A stretch of 64,000 bases of DNA. It comes from Zootoca vivipara. Its lineage: Eukaryota. A program made the position numbers and the translations under genes. The DNA lies in contig NC_083279.1 in assembly GCF_963506605.1 (NCBI RefSeq), forward strand, positions 43,152,001 through 43,216,000. Direction: 5' to 3'. Below are positions 48,604 through 60,950 of the stretch, one piece after another. A model generated the notes under the pieces. That model searched no databases, was not told where the DNA came from, and saw only the letters and a program-made list of their open reading frames with translations. Positions within the stretch are counted from its first letter, which is position 1. The number at the start of each line of letters is the position of its first letter.

Positions 48604-51600
48604 TATCTCTTAAGCGTGTGTGTATATCTATGTTGAAAAGTACGTTGATAAGCTCTTCAAAATTTGATTTTGTTAAAAATGAGTTATTTATTAGTGTTGA
48701 CATTAAATTGTCTCAGCCGATTTAATATGGGCTTAAATCCTGCTTTAAAAATAATAATCAAATATTGCAAGCCAGCCAGCCAACAAAAACAACTCCCCTA
48801 AACAACTCCCCATTTTATAGTTGGGTAAATCCACAGATTAGCGAGAAAGCTAACAGCAACTGTAATAAATGCCTATCCCTGAAGACTATTTGGGTTGGGA
48901 AGATCTGTTGAGCTTGGTCAGACAAGCTCAGGGTCTATACAGCTTCTTTCCCCCAAAGCTCTTAGGTGTCTGTGAATTTGCTCATTGGTCCCTGGAGTTT
49001 CAAAAAAAATTAAGCTCTGGGTGTGTTTATTTGACTCTGTTTGATATAAAATGCATGTCCACGACTTGGAAGGAAAGCAGACTGAAAATAATAACATATT
49101 GTGTACATCTGTAGACCTTTTTTTGAACTATAGAAGAACATATCCAGAAAATAATTCAGTCTGGAATAATCCAAGCATTAGCAGCTAGGTAAATTTGTAT
49201 TCTGAAGCAGGAAGTTGCAGACTCTCACAACATCACAACATGGCAGTACAAATGTAGCATATCAGAGTGTAGGATTTGAACAGAAAGTTTGAGTTAGTCC
49301 CATGCAGCCATAAAGCTTATTGGGTGGTCTTGGGCAATTACCCTAGTCTACCTCATAGGAAATAATGGGTTAATTATCTAACCCATGCTGAATTCATTGG
49401 AAGTAGAGTAGAATATACATTTGATTTTTAAAAAAGCACAACCCACTGCATTGCACTACCCTGAATTGCAGCTTGTTTTATACTACTATCATATGTCTGC
49501 ACTTAAACTGATCACAATCCAGCATGGGATCCATGAACAACTGCATGCATGTGAGCACACAAAAGTTTATTGGTATTTTTTTCCTGCAGCAATCCCTCAT
49601 GCTGGATTTCCATGTATTTTTCCACACACACCCCAATTTAAGTAGCAGTTAGATTTCTGTTTGGCAGAAGGAACTGTTACAGAAGTGAAAGAGAGAGCCT
49701 AGTAAGTCCTAACAAGTATGTGTTATTTCCTGTTCCATTTCTCAGTATAAATGTACTTAGTGTACTCTGCACATTCTAGTCTAATTCTAGATTTCTTTAT
49801 TACTTCTTTACAAAGCACTGATGAAATCTTCACACTCTTAAACAGGAGGACACTGTTGAACCATGGTAAAACTTCAAAAGAAAAAAACAGTTTCCAACAA
49901 CAGGGACTAGATGTCTCTATCAGTACTGGCAGCTGGTAAATTAAGCAGTGTTTGTGCTTTCAGCAAGCACACTGGAAATCTGAGTAAAATGATGCAAAAG
50001 ATAAAATCGTATCAGTCATTGCAGCTACTTTCAACATTCAGAGTAGATGATGAACAGAGAACATAACTTTACACTGCTTAATACTCACATAAGCCTTCTA
50101 AAAGATGGTGACTATATATCTTAATAATCACAGATAGGATTGTTGTATAAAGTACTACTGTGTTCCTCTTCCCAAAGGATTATGGCAGTTATTTACTTGA
50201 AGCATCTATACTGTTTTTCGTAACAGTAATGAAATATGACAATTTCTAATTTATTTGTGTCATTGAAAGAAGACAACACTACCAATTGTGTTTGTAGCAT
50301 AACTCAATATACAATTCAATATTATGATTGCACATGATATTTGTTACCATTTTATAATGTGAGCTAGAATGTAACAGTAATGCACTTCCAGTTCAAATAC
50401 AGTAACAGGAGCAAATGGCATAGAGGTTTTCTGGAGAGTACCACCTGCTATTCTAAATTTGAGAACGGGCCAATATTTCTTTAACCGAAATATGAGCCCC
50501 AAGAGCCTAGAGCAAATTGTTTATGCCAGTCAAGTGTTCTCTAGCTCATCAACACAATATGAAGCACAGTCTTTCAAAGTGACCCCAAGAGAAGAGCAGG
50601 CATTTAACTGGGGAAAGAAGTGACAACATGAGCACTGGGAGAAATGTACCGTGCCAAGTGGTTTAAAGAGTCACAACCTTGTCCTGGGAGAAGGTTAAGA
50701 TCCTTCCTGAAACTCTTCAGTCTAGAGGTTTGAGGGTTTTTTAGAGGTTAGGGCAGGGCACTCTATGCTCATTCCTGAGTCAAGTACTAACCACCTTCCA
50801 GATTCATATAATATGATACACCTCTGTCATTAATGTTTTGGTTTAATGGGGTCTTTTCCTTATCACAGGAGTATTCAGGCAGGAGTATTCAGATCAGTTT
50901 ATCAGGCTTAGGAAAGCCCACTTTTCTGGCCTTAGCAAAGCCTACTCTAACAAAGTTAAGGGTGTCTGATTTAGCCGATTCAATTCCATTGGCTTTGTTA
51001 ACTTGGACTGTAAGGAAACATTCTCTTGCCATTAGCTTTCTGCTATAATCACTAAATTATCAGCTCCACTCATGAAAATGCAGAAGAGCGGACAGTACTT
51101 TGGTAGGCTAGCAGGTACTTTATAGCAAATTAGCACATTTCTCATGTGTGTGAAATTTTAATGAAGTTTTCCTTTCCTTCTTGATTTTCTTAGTAATATA
51201 GGCACCACCTTTTGGTTGCAAGGGTGAGAAATAACAAAATCACTCTACTGCATAACTGCTCTAATCAGCAAACCCCGCACACTAATTATAGAACTTCTGG
51301 AGTACCAAAGTCAGTGTTTAATTATTAAAGGAATTCAATTAAAGGAAGGTATTACTATGTTAACTGCAGCTGTGGTATACATATCTAATCAGTATACAAA
51401 GGTTAGCTTTTATATGTATACAAATGCATATGGGATGGGATCTGCAGTTTGGTAGAAGTATTATTCATGATTAACGAATAATTACTTTGATTTATTTTGG
51501 ATAAAGTATGTTCAGTGACTATCAAGCTTGTTCTCAATCATTGAAAATCTGAAATTGTTCTGTCCAAAGGGACAGGGACAGAACTTCACTAAAAGCTCCT

Positions 51601-51685
51601 ATTTTGTGGCAGTAAAACCCTGACAAGTATTGCACAGCTTGGAGGTAGAAACAAATGACCAGGGAACCACAAAGTGGCTCTAAAT

Positions 51686-52775
51686 CAGGGGTGTCAAACT
51701 CAAATTCATCGGGGGCCGCATCAGCAGTTTGGTCACCCTCAAAGGGCCGGTTGTATCTGTAGGACTATGTGTCCACTCTTTATTATCATAAATTATTGTC
51801 ACTGCATTCAATTATTACTGTTTTTTGTAATAATGTAAGTAATAACTAGCTCTGAAAGCAGAAACATAGACAGAATAATGGCAAGTAGATATTCAAATGT
51901 GCAATTATTGTACAATTTATTGAAAAATGATTTTTGGTAACTGCACTGGGTGGTGGAGGCTCGCTAGGGTTTCATGCAGGACCTTTGCAGAGCTACTAGT
52001 ACCTGGAGATGCTGGGGTCCTTCTGCATGCAGGACAGCTGTTCTGCCAGTGAGCCACCACCCTTCACCAAAGGGACTGGCTGAGGTTGACTCACTGGAGC
52101 TGCTCTCCTGGTTCCAGGGTTAAAGGGCCAGAAGTATAAAGCAGCATCCTATGNNNNNNNNNNNNNNNNNNNNNNNNNNNNNNNNNNNNNNNNNNNNNNN
52201 NNNNNNNNNNNNNNNNNNNNNNNNNNNNNNNNNNNNNNNNNNNNNNNNNNNNNNNNNNNNNNNNNNNNNNNNNNNNNNNNNNNNNNNNNNNAGGAAATAA
52301 GGAAGGGAATAAAGAAGGAAAGAAAAAGAAAGAGGGAGAGAAGAGGGAAAGGGAGAAAGAAGGAAGGAAGTAGAGGGAAAGAAAGAATAAGAATGAGGGA
52401 GAGGAAGAAAGATGGGAAGGACGGAAGGAAGAAAGGAAGGAAGGAAGGAAGAAAAGAGGGAGCAGGAGGGAGAGAGGAAGGAAAGAGGTGAGAGAAAGAA
52501 GAGTAGGAAAGAAGGAATAAAGAAGGAATAAGAACGAGAGAGAGGAAGAAAGAAAGGGAAGGGGGGGTTGCCGCCTTGATTCAGGGCCAGAAAAGAGCGC
52601 GAAGGGACCCGACCCCCCCCCCCCCGGCCCCAGCTGTTTGTCGGCGCTTTGTCGGCGCGGCGCTTCAGCAGCAAGGTCCCGCTGCTGGGTCCCGCTGGCT
52701 GGGGCGCTCGGCGGGCCACATGATGAGGTCTGGCGGGCCGGATTTGGCCCCCGGGCCTTGTGTTTGACACCCATG
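51686..52775. mobile_element. Non-autonomous hAT (Charlie-like) element spanning an assembly gap
   Basis: TIR CAGGGGTGTCAAAC / GTTTGACACCCATG; perfect 8-bp TSD CTCTAAAT; GA-rich low-complexity tract 52292-52560. Confidence 0.88.
52154..52291. other. Assembly gap
   Basis: Run of N. Confidence 1.
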
Positions 52776-52937
52776 CTCTAAATGGACAGAGACTGAATTG
52801 AAGCCTCTATTGTGAAAAGTCTATATTACTTTCGTTGCTCTGTGTGATTATACTGAACTAACACTGTTCAGTTCTTTGTTGCAGGAACTTATAATTACCT
52901 CTCAGAGTTGATACAGCTACAAGTTTGTAAGAGGAAT

Positions 52938-55030
52938 GGCTTCCGGGTTCAGCGCCAGCGTCGATCGGCGGGGCTTCGTCTCGTCTCCGAGACGGCCCGT
53001 CTCTGCTAGGAGTGGGGAGGGCAGCGAGAGCGACGCTGCGCCCCTTAGAACCTCGGGAAGGGCGTCCCGAGGGCAATTTGCTCGGCACAGACCCAATCCG
53101 GACTCCCCAACTCTTCGGCTAGCTCTAATAAGAGCTCCGGAGCGAGGAGGGTAGAAGTCGCGGGGGCCATTTTGAGCGGCAACGTTATTCTAGCAGGGAG
53201 AAGCTTCAAGCCGAAGGCGGAGAGCGCTGGATTCTTCCGAAAATAAAATGATTGGAAAAGACTGTAAGTAACCTCATGATTTGGATTATTATAAAACAAT
53301 TTGGATCTGGGAGAGAGGGGAGAAAAGAGGAAGCCACCCCCCCCCACGGCAACAAAAGAGACAGTAAATAGAAACCCGAGGCCATAAACAGAAGATTTAC
53401 AATTCAAAGGATCCCTCAAAGGCATCAAAGAGAATCTCCCCTTTGATGCAGGGTGAAAAGGGGAGAGAGACTGCGGTTTATGACTGCTCTGCAATAAGAG
53501 GTACAGCCTAAGAAAAAAAACCTTTCCACTCGGGAGCCGGCAGCCCAGACAACCCAGTGAGTTGTCAGGATTTATGAGTCAAATTTTACTTCACTTTGTA
53601 TTTCTGGACTTTGTGGAATCTCTTTTTTGGCTTAAGTGTTTGTGAAATGTGAGTTCGAACTTTATTGTTAATAAGACTTGAAGAATGCAGCCAGCTTGTT
53701 AAAATGGAGTCGAAAAATAAACTGTGATCATATTCCACCCCACGTGACAAGTTTTGACCTTGGCAGGACTGAAATATGTCAACAAAAAAGTGTTCCCCTG
53801 AGTTCCAGCGGTCTGTTTTGACCTTAATGTGGGAAACAAGAATAGAGTTATGTCAAGAGGAGACACGACGGCAAGAGTTACAGGAAAAATTCCAGGAGGT
53901 GATGGCGGAATATGATTTTTTAGGAGATGAAGCTTTGGACACTGAAAAAGATGAATGTGAGAATGACAATGATGGGGAAGGAAAAGAAGAAGATGAGGAT
54001 TGTGATGATTCAACACAAAATGAAGCACACCACGAAAAAAATGATGACTCTACTCTACAAAAAGTTGGATGGAGTGCCCTGCTTTTGAGGGGGGCGCGAT
54101 TGGTATCATTGGAACTCCAGAACGCCCACAGGGAAGAAGGAAAAAATATGCAGAGAAGAGAAGAAATTCAGGGGTCCTGTATGGTGGCCTGGATGACAAA
54201 AGACTGTAAACAGGGGGTGGGGTGAAGGGAAAGTGATGTTGTGATTAAGGATGGATTAACAGGTTTATAACTGGTCTGCTGATTTTGGAATTTGCTGGAT
54301 TGGGGGGGGAAGCCGGCAATCGGGGATGTAAGGTTAAATTGAGAATAGTTATAGTTTTAAAAGTGAATGGATTTTGGAAAATGTGAAAATATGGAGGCTT
54401 ATAGAGGGAGAAAAAACAAAAAATTAGGCACGGGAAGAGAAAATGGGAGTTTGATTTCTCAGTGATTTGAATATTAGATGAAAATGTTAACAATTGATTT
54501 ATAAGTTGTATAAGATGCAAAGGTGTATTTTTATAAAGTAAGAAACTGTTGCAGATGATAAAAAAGGGATGAAAACCGGGGAAGGGGGGGGAGGGGAAGC
54601 CCACAAAATATGGTTTTACAACTATGAATGCAAGAAAATTTTTTTGTTTTGTATTGTTTTTTCTTTTTTCTTTTTTCGCTCTTTCTTTTTTTTTCCCCCC
54701 TTTTTTCTATTTCTATTTTTCTCTTTTTTTTTTTTTTGGTATGACAATAGATGGTTGGATGGATGTCCTCCTGCGTACTGCCCTGGTTTGCTGGAGCTCC
54801 CTGGTGGCAGGGGGGGGCTTTGGGGTCAGGGGAGGGGGGGGAGGACAGAAACCCAAGCATAAAATGGACCATCTCTGACTGTTCACATACATGGGATACT
54901 TCTGTGGCAGGGGAGGACCCATGTGGGTGGGTAGGAAGGAGGTGGAAAAGGGGTTTAAGTATGTACCTTTTTTTTTTTTTGCTTTTTTGTATTTTGTAAA
55001 ATTAATAAAAAGTATGTTCAAAAAAAAAAA
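52938..55030 (+). mobile_element. 5'-complete non-autonomous L1-type retro-insertion (2.1 kb), antisense to DMD
   Basis: 16-bp TSD AGTTTGTAAGAGGAAT (52922-52937, 55031-55046); CpG-rich head starting GGCTTCCGG; AATAAA 55004-55009 and poly(A) 55020-55030; no EN/RT motifs. Confidence 0.88.
53776..54225 (+). CDS. 149-aa ORF of unknown function inside the retro-insertion (coiled-coil-like then acidic)
   Basis: ATG-initiated, purine-rich; ELCQEETRRQELQEKFQEVMAE followed by DTEKDECENDNDGEGKEEDEDCDD; coding status unproven. Confidence 0.4.
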   Translation: MSTKKCSPEFQRSVLTLMWETRIELCQEETRRQELQEKFQEVMAEYDFLGDEALDTEKDECENDNDGEGKEEDEDCDDSTQNEAHHEKNDDSTLQKVGWSALLLRGARLVSLELQNAHREEGKNMQRREEIQGSCMVAWMTKDCKQGVG

Positions 55031-55665
55031 AGTTTGTAAGAGGAATTAAAGTGAGGAAGGGGTAGGAATATAGACTACTACTCTTCCAGGCAGAACTAGG
55101 AAGAACAATGACTACATGAACAGTGATCCTCCTCAATGGAAAATAAGTGCCATATATTCCTTTAGTAGCTAATTAAAAATAAAACACATCCTAATTATTT
55201 TTCTAGCATTAGTTCTTTACAATAAAACTGATCTTTGAAATTAAGGCAAACATTAGATGGCCTGCTTAAAATGTTAATGAAGAAACTAGCATAAAATGAC
55301 AAGAGTGCTTTGCAGTCTTTTAATGTCTCAACACTTAGAAGATGCTAATTCACTAACACTGTACTAAGGTCTCCTTTTAAGCCCGGGAAAAAATGGAATC
55401 TTTCAAAAAGTTATAGAAAAGGGTATGCGGGGTTATTTTTCTTTTGAATTATTCCTCTCCTCCTTTCTCTTATGAGTATGATGTGGTACCTGATATGTTA
55501 AATTTTGGACACTAACTTCTTTTGTCTCAGTGTATCACCAGTATATATCACTAACCGTATATATTGTTTACAACTTTTTTGGGGTGCAGAAGTATTGCTG
55601 TGACAGCGAGATAACTCCAGACAAACATATGTGAGTTTACAAGGAAAGAAAATATATATTATTAC

Positions 55666-55836
55666 CTTGCTCCAGGCGACTTCAGCATCTAAATTGATAG
55701 GCATGCCTTCTACTGCTGATCTCTTTGTCAGTTCTGAATCTGTCACTGCCAGCCATTCTGTCAGAGCATTCATTTCCTTTCTCAGTTTCCGAGATAATTT
55801 CAAACATTTCTCCAGTTCTTGCTTTTTTTCAGTCAC
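55666..55836 (-). CDS. DMD: Dystrophin exon 34 orthologue (171 nt)
   Basis: VTEKKQELEKCLKLSRKLRKEMNALTEWLAVTDSELTKRSAVEGMPINLDAEVAWSK; CTGCAG acceptor, GTAATA donor. Confidence 0.98.
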
Positions 55837-57569
55837 CTGCAGAAGGGGGAGGGGGAATGAAGAGCCAAACCTCTAAATGCTTCACCACCCTAAGTGCTAC
55901 TGAGACGGATGCTCATATTTCTGGCAGTAGTTTTTCTCCTGGTCAAAAGATTCCACCATCAAGTCCCCATGATTGTAGAGGTCATCTACCCTCCGTTTCA
56001 CATCTACAGTTCCCAGAAATGCTAAATCTTTTTATAGCAAACATATGACAAGAATACACCTCAGAACATTAGCCTTTTTCATTACACTGTAGATTACATT
56101 CTTTTGTCAGTACTAGATTGGCATTCTGCTTATAGCAAACCAACTACGTCACACTGAAACAAAAACAGAATGGCTAGATAAATTATAATTTGCAAAGCTA
56201 GCTTCAATAAAAGAAACAAAATGAAGATTAAAAGTATGCTTTAACTCGGTGCTCTTTATGCATATTTAAGTACACTGCAGTCATGTTTTATGTCCTTTTA
56301 ACGCCAACCTTCAGAATTTATTGATTCAATAAAAGTTGTTTTCATCGAGCTCAGCCTGCAACTCCTGTCTCTTGTTCATTTTATTTTTATTTTCTTTAAA
56401 GGAATTTTTAAACCACAATATTTAACATCTCTAAGTGATGTGCAAAAATATAGACTTCAGAACAGTATCAAAAAATAGATAGAGCAACAGAAACCTAGTA
56501 ACAACCAGTTGTCTGAATCCACCTGTGGCGTAAGGAAGAGCTTATCTTGCAGCAGGCACCAAGAATGATGAATCAATGCTGAAGAGAAGCAATCAAAGTA
56601 GCAACTCTTCAAACACAATTTGTTATCAGAAATTATAATGAAAATGGCCATTTATTTTTATTTTGCTTTTTGTTATCGTACCCACCTGAATTCTCTTTTA
56701 GTTTAACTTCATACTTCATTGTTTTGAAATGAGACAACGGCTTAGTTCCATTTTCATTCCATTCAAAGAAGCTTCCACCCATATAAACTGAATGACAGGT
56801 TCATATCACACGCCCAACACCTGTTCTTTTGACCCTTACCCATCACACTTAATAAAAGCTATCCTGGAGGAAGTTACCATGTGGGTCCAGGGAGTCAGGT
56901 GCTTCTCAAAAGTCCCTCCTTGCACCTAGAAGTACTTAGTAACTACCAACTAGTTGCAAATCTCCTTTTTTGGGGGGAGGGGGTAAGGTGATTGAGATAG
57001 GTTCAAAAGAGTCCTCAGCATTTAACAGATTAAAGCAATGCAAAAAGACAAATGAATAATCGCCTCCCCTTTAGCCTCAGTAGCTTGTTGTTAGCACCCT
57101 TGGGAATTTCTGATCCATGGGCGTACGCTTATGACATGGAAAACTGCACTATGTAAATACTTTTGATGCAACTTTCAGTATGTGTTTAACTACTACTGAG
57201 CTTATTCCCCCCCCATTCTTTTTCATATATGCATAGTTAATGCAAAAAGCTGTTGATAGTTGAAGTTTAACATTTCCACACTATTTATTAGAGGGGGAAA
57301 TCTGGTGTCTTTTGCATAGTAGTAGCAATGCAACCTCTTGCATATTTCACTCAGAAGTAAGTTTGCTGGATTCAACGGAGCTCAGTGCTTCATTCAGTAT
57401 TATATAAGACTGCAGCCACAGTCCATCCTGGTTGTTTTGCTTTTGGGACAAAGGGAACATATGAATTCTAATGGGACTGTTTATTACTAGAAATGAAAAT
57501 TTTGAAATAGTTAAGAGCATACAAAACTATATACAAGTGGTGCTTCATTGAGTTTAGAGAAATAATGAC

Positions 57570-57713
57570 NNNNNNNNNNNNNNNNNNNNNNNNNNNNNNN
57601 NNNNNNNNNNNNNNNNNNNNNNNNNNNNNNNNNNNNNNNNNNNNNNNNNNNNNNNNNNNNNNNNNNNNNNNNNNNNNNNNNNNNNNNNNNNNNNNNNNNN
57701 NNNNNNNNNNNNN
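57570..57713. other. Assembly gap
   Basis: Run of N. Confidence 1.
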
Positions 57714-57917
57714 CAAGTAGGAGAGTTAGAAGAATTGTATGGTTAGGTGTAAACTATAATGGGTACCGTAATATCACTTTATTTCCCCATTTTCGTTTTA
57801 CATGTTATAAAAGAAATGTAGGAAATACTGCCATCTTAAGGTCTTTCTTTTTTACACAGTTAACTCCGTTTATCATTTCATCTCACAACAGTTGAACCAA
57901 AGTACACATTACATGAC

Positions 57918-57946
57918 TGTTTGTTTGTTTGTTTGTTTGTTTGTTT
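57918..57946. repeat. (GTTT)n microsatellite
   Basis: Direct reading. Confidence 0.9.
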
Positions 57947-59003
57947 AAAGCAGGATTAGTTTAGAATTTGGTTGGAGGAAGGGCTGATGGTAAAATGCTG
58001 TTTTCTTCATTCGTCAATTATCAGGTTGAAATGACCCTGTCCAGGATGCTTTTTCACCTAAGGGAAAACATATACAGGCTCTTCGTATCTTCCCTGTATC
58101 GTTCCATTTCAGGGTGATTAGTTTTAGACTAAAAACCTAACAGAGTGAGAAGGATTAAGTAGCCTTATAAATGATGGAGCAGTGAAAATGCACACATTCC
58201 CTCTTCCTATGCTTCCTTATACTGTCTTCACGCCTCCAATAACTTTCTCCTATGCAAACCAAAGATTACACACATACTCTACCCATTTTCACTTGTTGTC
58301 CCATCCATAAGGCTCTTTTCACTGCCATTAAAATCCTCATTTAAAATGACATATTTCACACTGGCATGTGCTACTTAATTTTGCATTTTCCTATTCTACT
58401 CCTGTTTTCTTGACTGTAGGCCGTGGGGGCAAAACCTGCATTTATTTATTTTTTAATAGAAAGTATCAAGTATTTGCAAGTCCTCTTGAAAACCATCATC
58501 CTGAATACGAAGGCCAGTCCTCCACATATCTAATTCTACACTTAGAAATGTCACATAATATAAAAAAGAGAATATTGGTTCTCCTATGGGTCAAATATCT
58601 TTTTGGAGGATGCATGTTTATCCTATCTTTACACAGTATATAATAAAGCACTGTTATTATCTGTTGTGCTTGACATATATTTCATGTTAAATATGTTCTC
58701 CATTTTCTTCCACTTGAATATGAAAAATAAATTTGGACAGAAATTTTTAAAAAAATCTAGCTACCAGTTATGTCAAAGGGATGTAATGAATTTCATATAA
58801 GATTCCACCTTAGCTGAAATGATATTGCTTAGTTACATTATTTCAATATATAATTGGGCTGCTCTGAATAGTCGGTTAATAGAATTGTTTCTTACCAAAA
58901 AAGGAAAGACAAATAAAATCAAGTTAAGAGAGAAAAATAAAATAAATTACAACAAAATGGATGATATATATTTCGCTTTAGCACTGAAAAGTGTAGAACA
59001 TAC

Positions 59004-59159
59004 CTTGGCACCCAAATCATTATATTGTAATTTCAAAGCTGTTAGCCTTTCATCCAGTTCTTTTGGGTTCTCCGTTTGCTGTTTTTGCACAATCTGACGC
59101 CCAGTTTTTATGACTGTTTCCACTTCAGATTTCACTTCACTAAGAGTTTTATACAATTT
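59004..59159 (-). CDS. DMD: Dystrophin exon 33 orthologue (156 nt)
   Basis: [52 protein letters not shown]; TAG acceptor, GTATGT donor. Confidence 0.98.
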
Positions 59160-59284
59160 CTAGCCAACACAGAAAGGGAAATGTTTAATTTCACTGAAAT
59201 TACACTGATTTTTTGTGAAATGTCATAGGTGTAGTCAAATAAGATGTCTTACATGTGAACTATTATTGCATTGTAAATACTCAC

Positions 59285-59458
59285 CATACAGTGATCAAGC
59301 TGCGATTGCACTGCTTCCTGCTCGACACTCCTCAACTCCAACTTCGGCACTTGCGATTTCACTTCATCTAAAATTATTTTACATTCCTGTAAGCGCTGCT
59401 CAAAATTGGCTGGCTTTTGGAACAAGCGAAACTTCAAGAAGACATCTTGTAGCTTTTT
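59285..59458 (-). CDS. DMD: Dystrophin exon 32 orthologue (174 nt)
   Basis: KKLQDVFLKFRLFQKPANFEQRLQECKIILDEVKSQVPKLELRSVEQEAVQSQLDHCM; TTTTCAG acceptor, GTGAGT donor. Confidence 0.98.
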
Positions 59459-59811
59459 CTGAAAATAATATATGTGATGAAAGGAAGAGGGGTACAAAGT
59501 ATGCAGATTAAGTCATTATGCTAATACAGTCACGGTCATGATTTTATGAAGACTTTTAAAATAAGGGACAGAGCAGTCCATACTGAGGAGAAACTTGGAT
59601 ATTTCCTTTATTTTTCTCCTGAAAGCATGTCTTGGCAGCTTAGCAAGCAATTACACTGTGCCCTCCTGTGTAGTTTCCTTCGGATTGATAGCAAGTTCCC
59701 AAGAATTTAAAGAATGCTACTTGCTAGGTCATTTCACACAAATGACCAAATAGGTTGTAATATTGAGTTGCATTTCCTTAGAATATTTAGTCTTCAAGTG
59801 TATTATTAGTT

Positions 59812-59960
59812 TCAGGTCATATTCAGGCAACCCTGTATTGGGAAAATTTTAATATCTAATGTTTTACCATTTTTTATGTGCTGTAAGCCGCCCAGAGTGA
59901 CTGGGGAAACCCAGCCAGATGGACAGGGTATAAATAAAATTATTATTATTATTATTATTA
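59812..59960 (+). mobile_element. L2 3' end fragment with (ATT)n tail
   Basis: AAGCCGCCCAGAGTGACTGGGGAAACCCAGCCAGATGG is the reverse complement of the 3935-3980 family sequence. Confidence 0.85.
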
Positions 59961-60234
59961 GGCAACATAAGTTATTTATGCACAGTGTGTGCATTTTGGA
60001 AAAAAAGAATCCAATGGTAAGATGCACATGAATAGCATTTTTTTTCTTTTTAACAGGAATCGCCACCCACTGCACTACATTAGAGTAAGCTTGACAGAGC
60101 AGATACAAAATAGTAGATATGAGTTATCATCTTTAACCACTGGCAAAAAAATTGAAAAAGTTAATGTAGCTTTCCATAAAAGTATGGTTTTGTTAGTTTT
60201 CTTTTTCCCCAAACCTGAAGGTTGGGGTAAAAAT

Positions 60235-60950
60235 AAAAATGCTCATGGTAAATCAGCTGGCTTGCACAAGGTCTGTGAAATGTTTCATACTGTTAAACTT
60301 TGGAAGTCCCTCCGATAGGAGACAGTGGTGACCACTAACTGGATATCTTTAAAAGTGAATTGGACTAATTCATGGAGGATAAGGCTACTAATGTGGGACG
60401 CAGGTGGCGCTGTGGGTTAAACCACAGAGCCTAGGGCTTGCCGATCAGAAGGTTGGCAGTTTGAATCCCCGCAATGGGGTGAGCTCCCGTTGCTCGGTCC
60501 CAGCTCCTGCCAACCTAGCAGGTCGAAAGCACCTCAAAGTGCAAGTTGATAAGTAGGTACTGCTCCAGCGGGAAGGTAAACAGCATTTCCATGTGCTGCT
60601 CTGGTTCGCCAGAAGCGGCTTAGTCATGCTGGCCACATGACCTGGAAGCTATACGACGGCTCCCTCGGCCAATAATGCGAGATGAGCGCGCAACTCCAGA
60701 GTCGTCCGCGACTGGACCTAATGGTCAGGGGTCCCTTTACCTTTACCTTTAAGGTTACTAATGGCCACTAGTCAGAGGCAGTAATGCTTCTGAATACCAT
60801 TTGCTGGAAAATGTGTGTGTGTGTGTTTGTGTCTTGCTGTTATGCTCAGGTCCTGTTATGCTTGCAGGTTTCCCACAGGCAACTCGTTTGCCACAGTGAA
60901 AACAGGGTGATGGACTAGATGAGTCTTATCCAGCAGGATCTTCTTATTTT
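60235..60950 (+). mobile_element. Old CR1-like 3' fragment interrupted by the Sauria SINE
   Basis: TTAAACTTTGGAAGTCCCTCC...TTGGACTAATTCATGGAGGATAAGGCTA resumes after the SINE and ends ...TGGACTAGATG. Confidence 0.55.
60394..60750 (+). mobile_element. Full-length Sauria SINE
   Basis: GGGACGCAGGTGGCGCTGTGGGTTAAA head, (ACCTTT)n tail, 13-bp TSD AAGG(C/T)TACTAATG. Confidence 0.95.

Noticed and set aside
52091-52774. Long ORFs of 216-227 aa
   Set aside because: Artefacts of a GA-rich low-complexity tract and an N gap
53045-53494. Antisense ORF0-like 149-aa ORF in the retroelement head
   Set aside because: Non-ATG start, GC-rich context and no motif; unsupported without copy comparison
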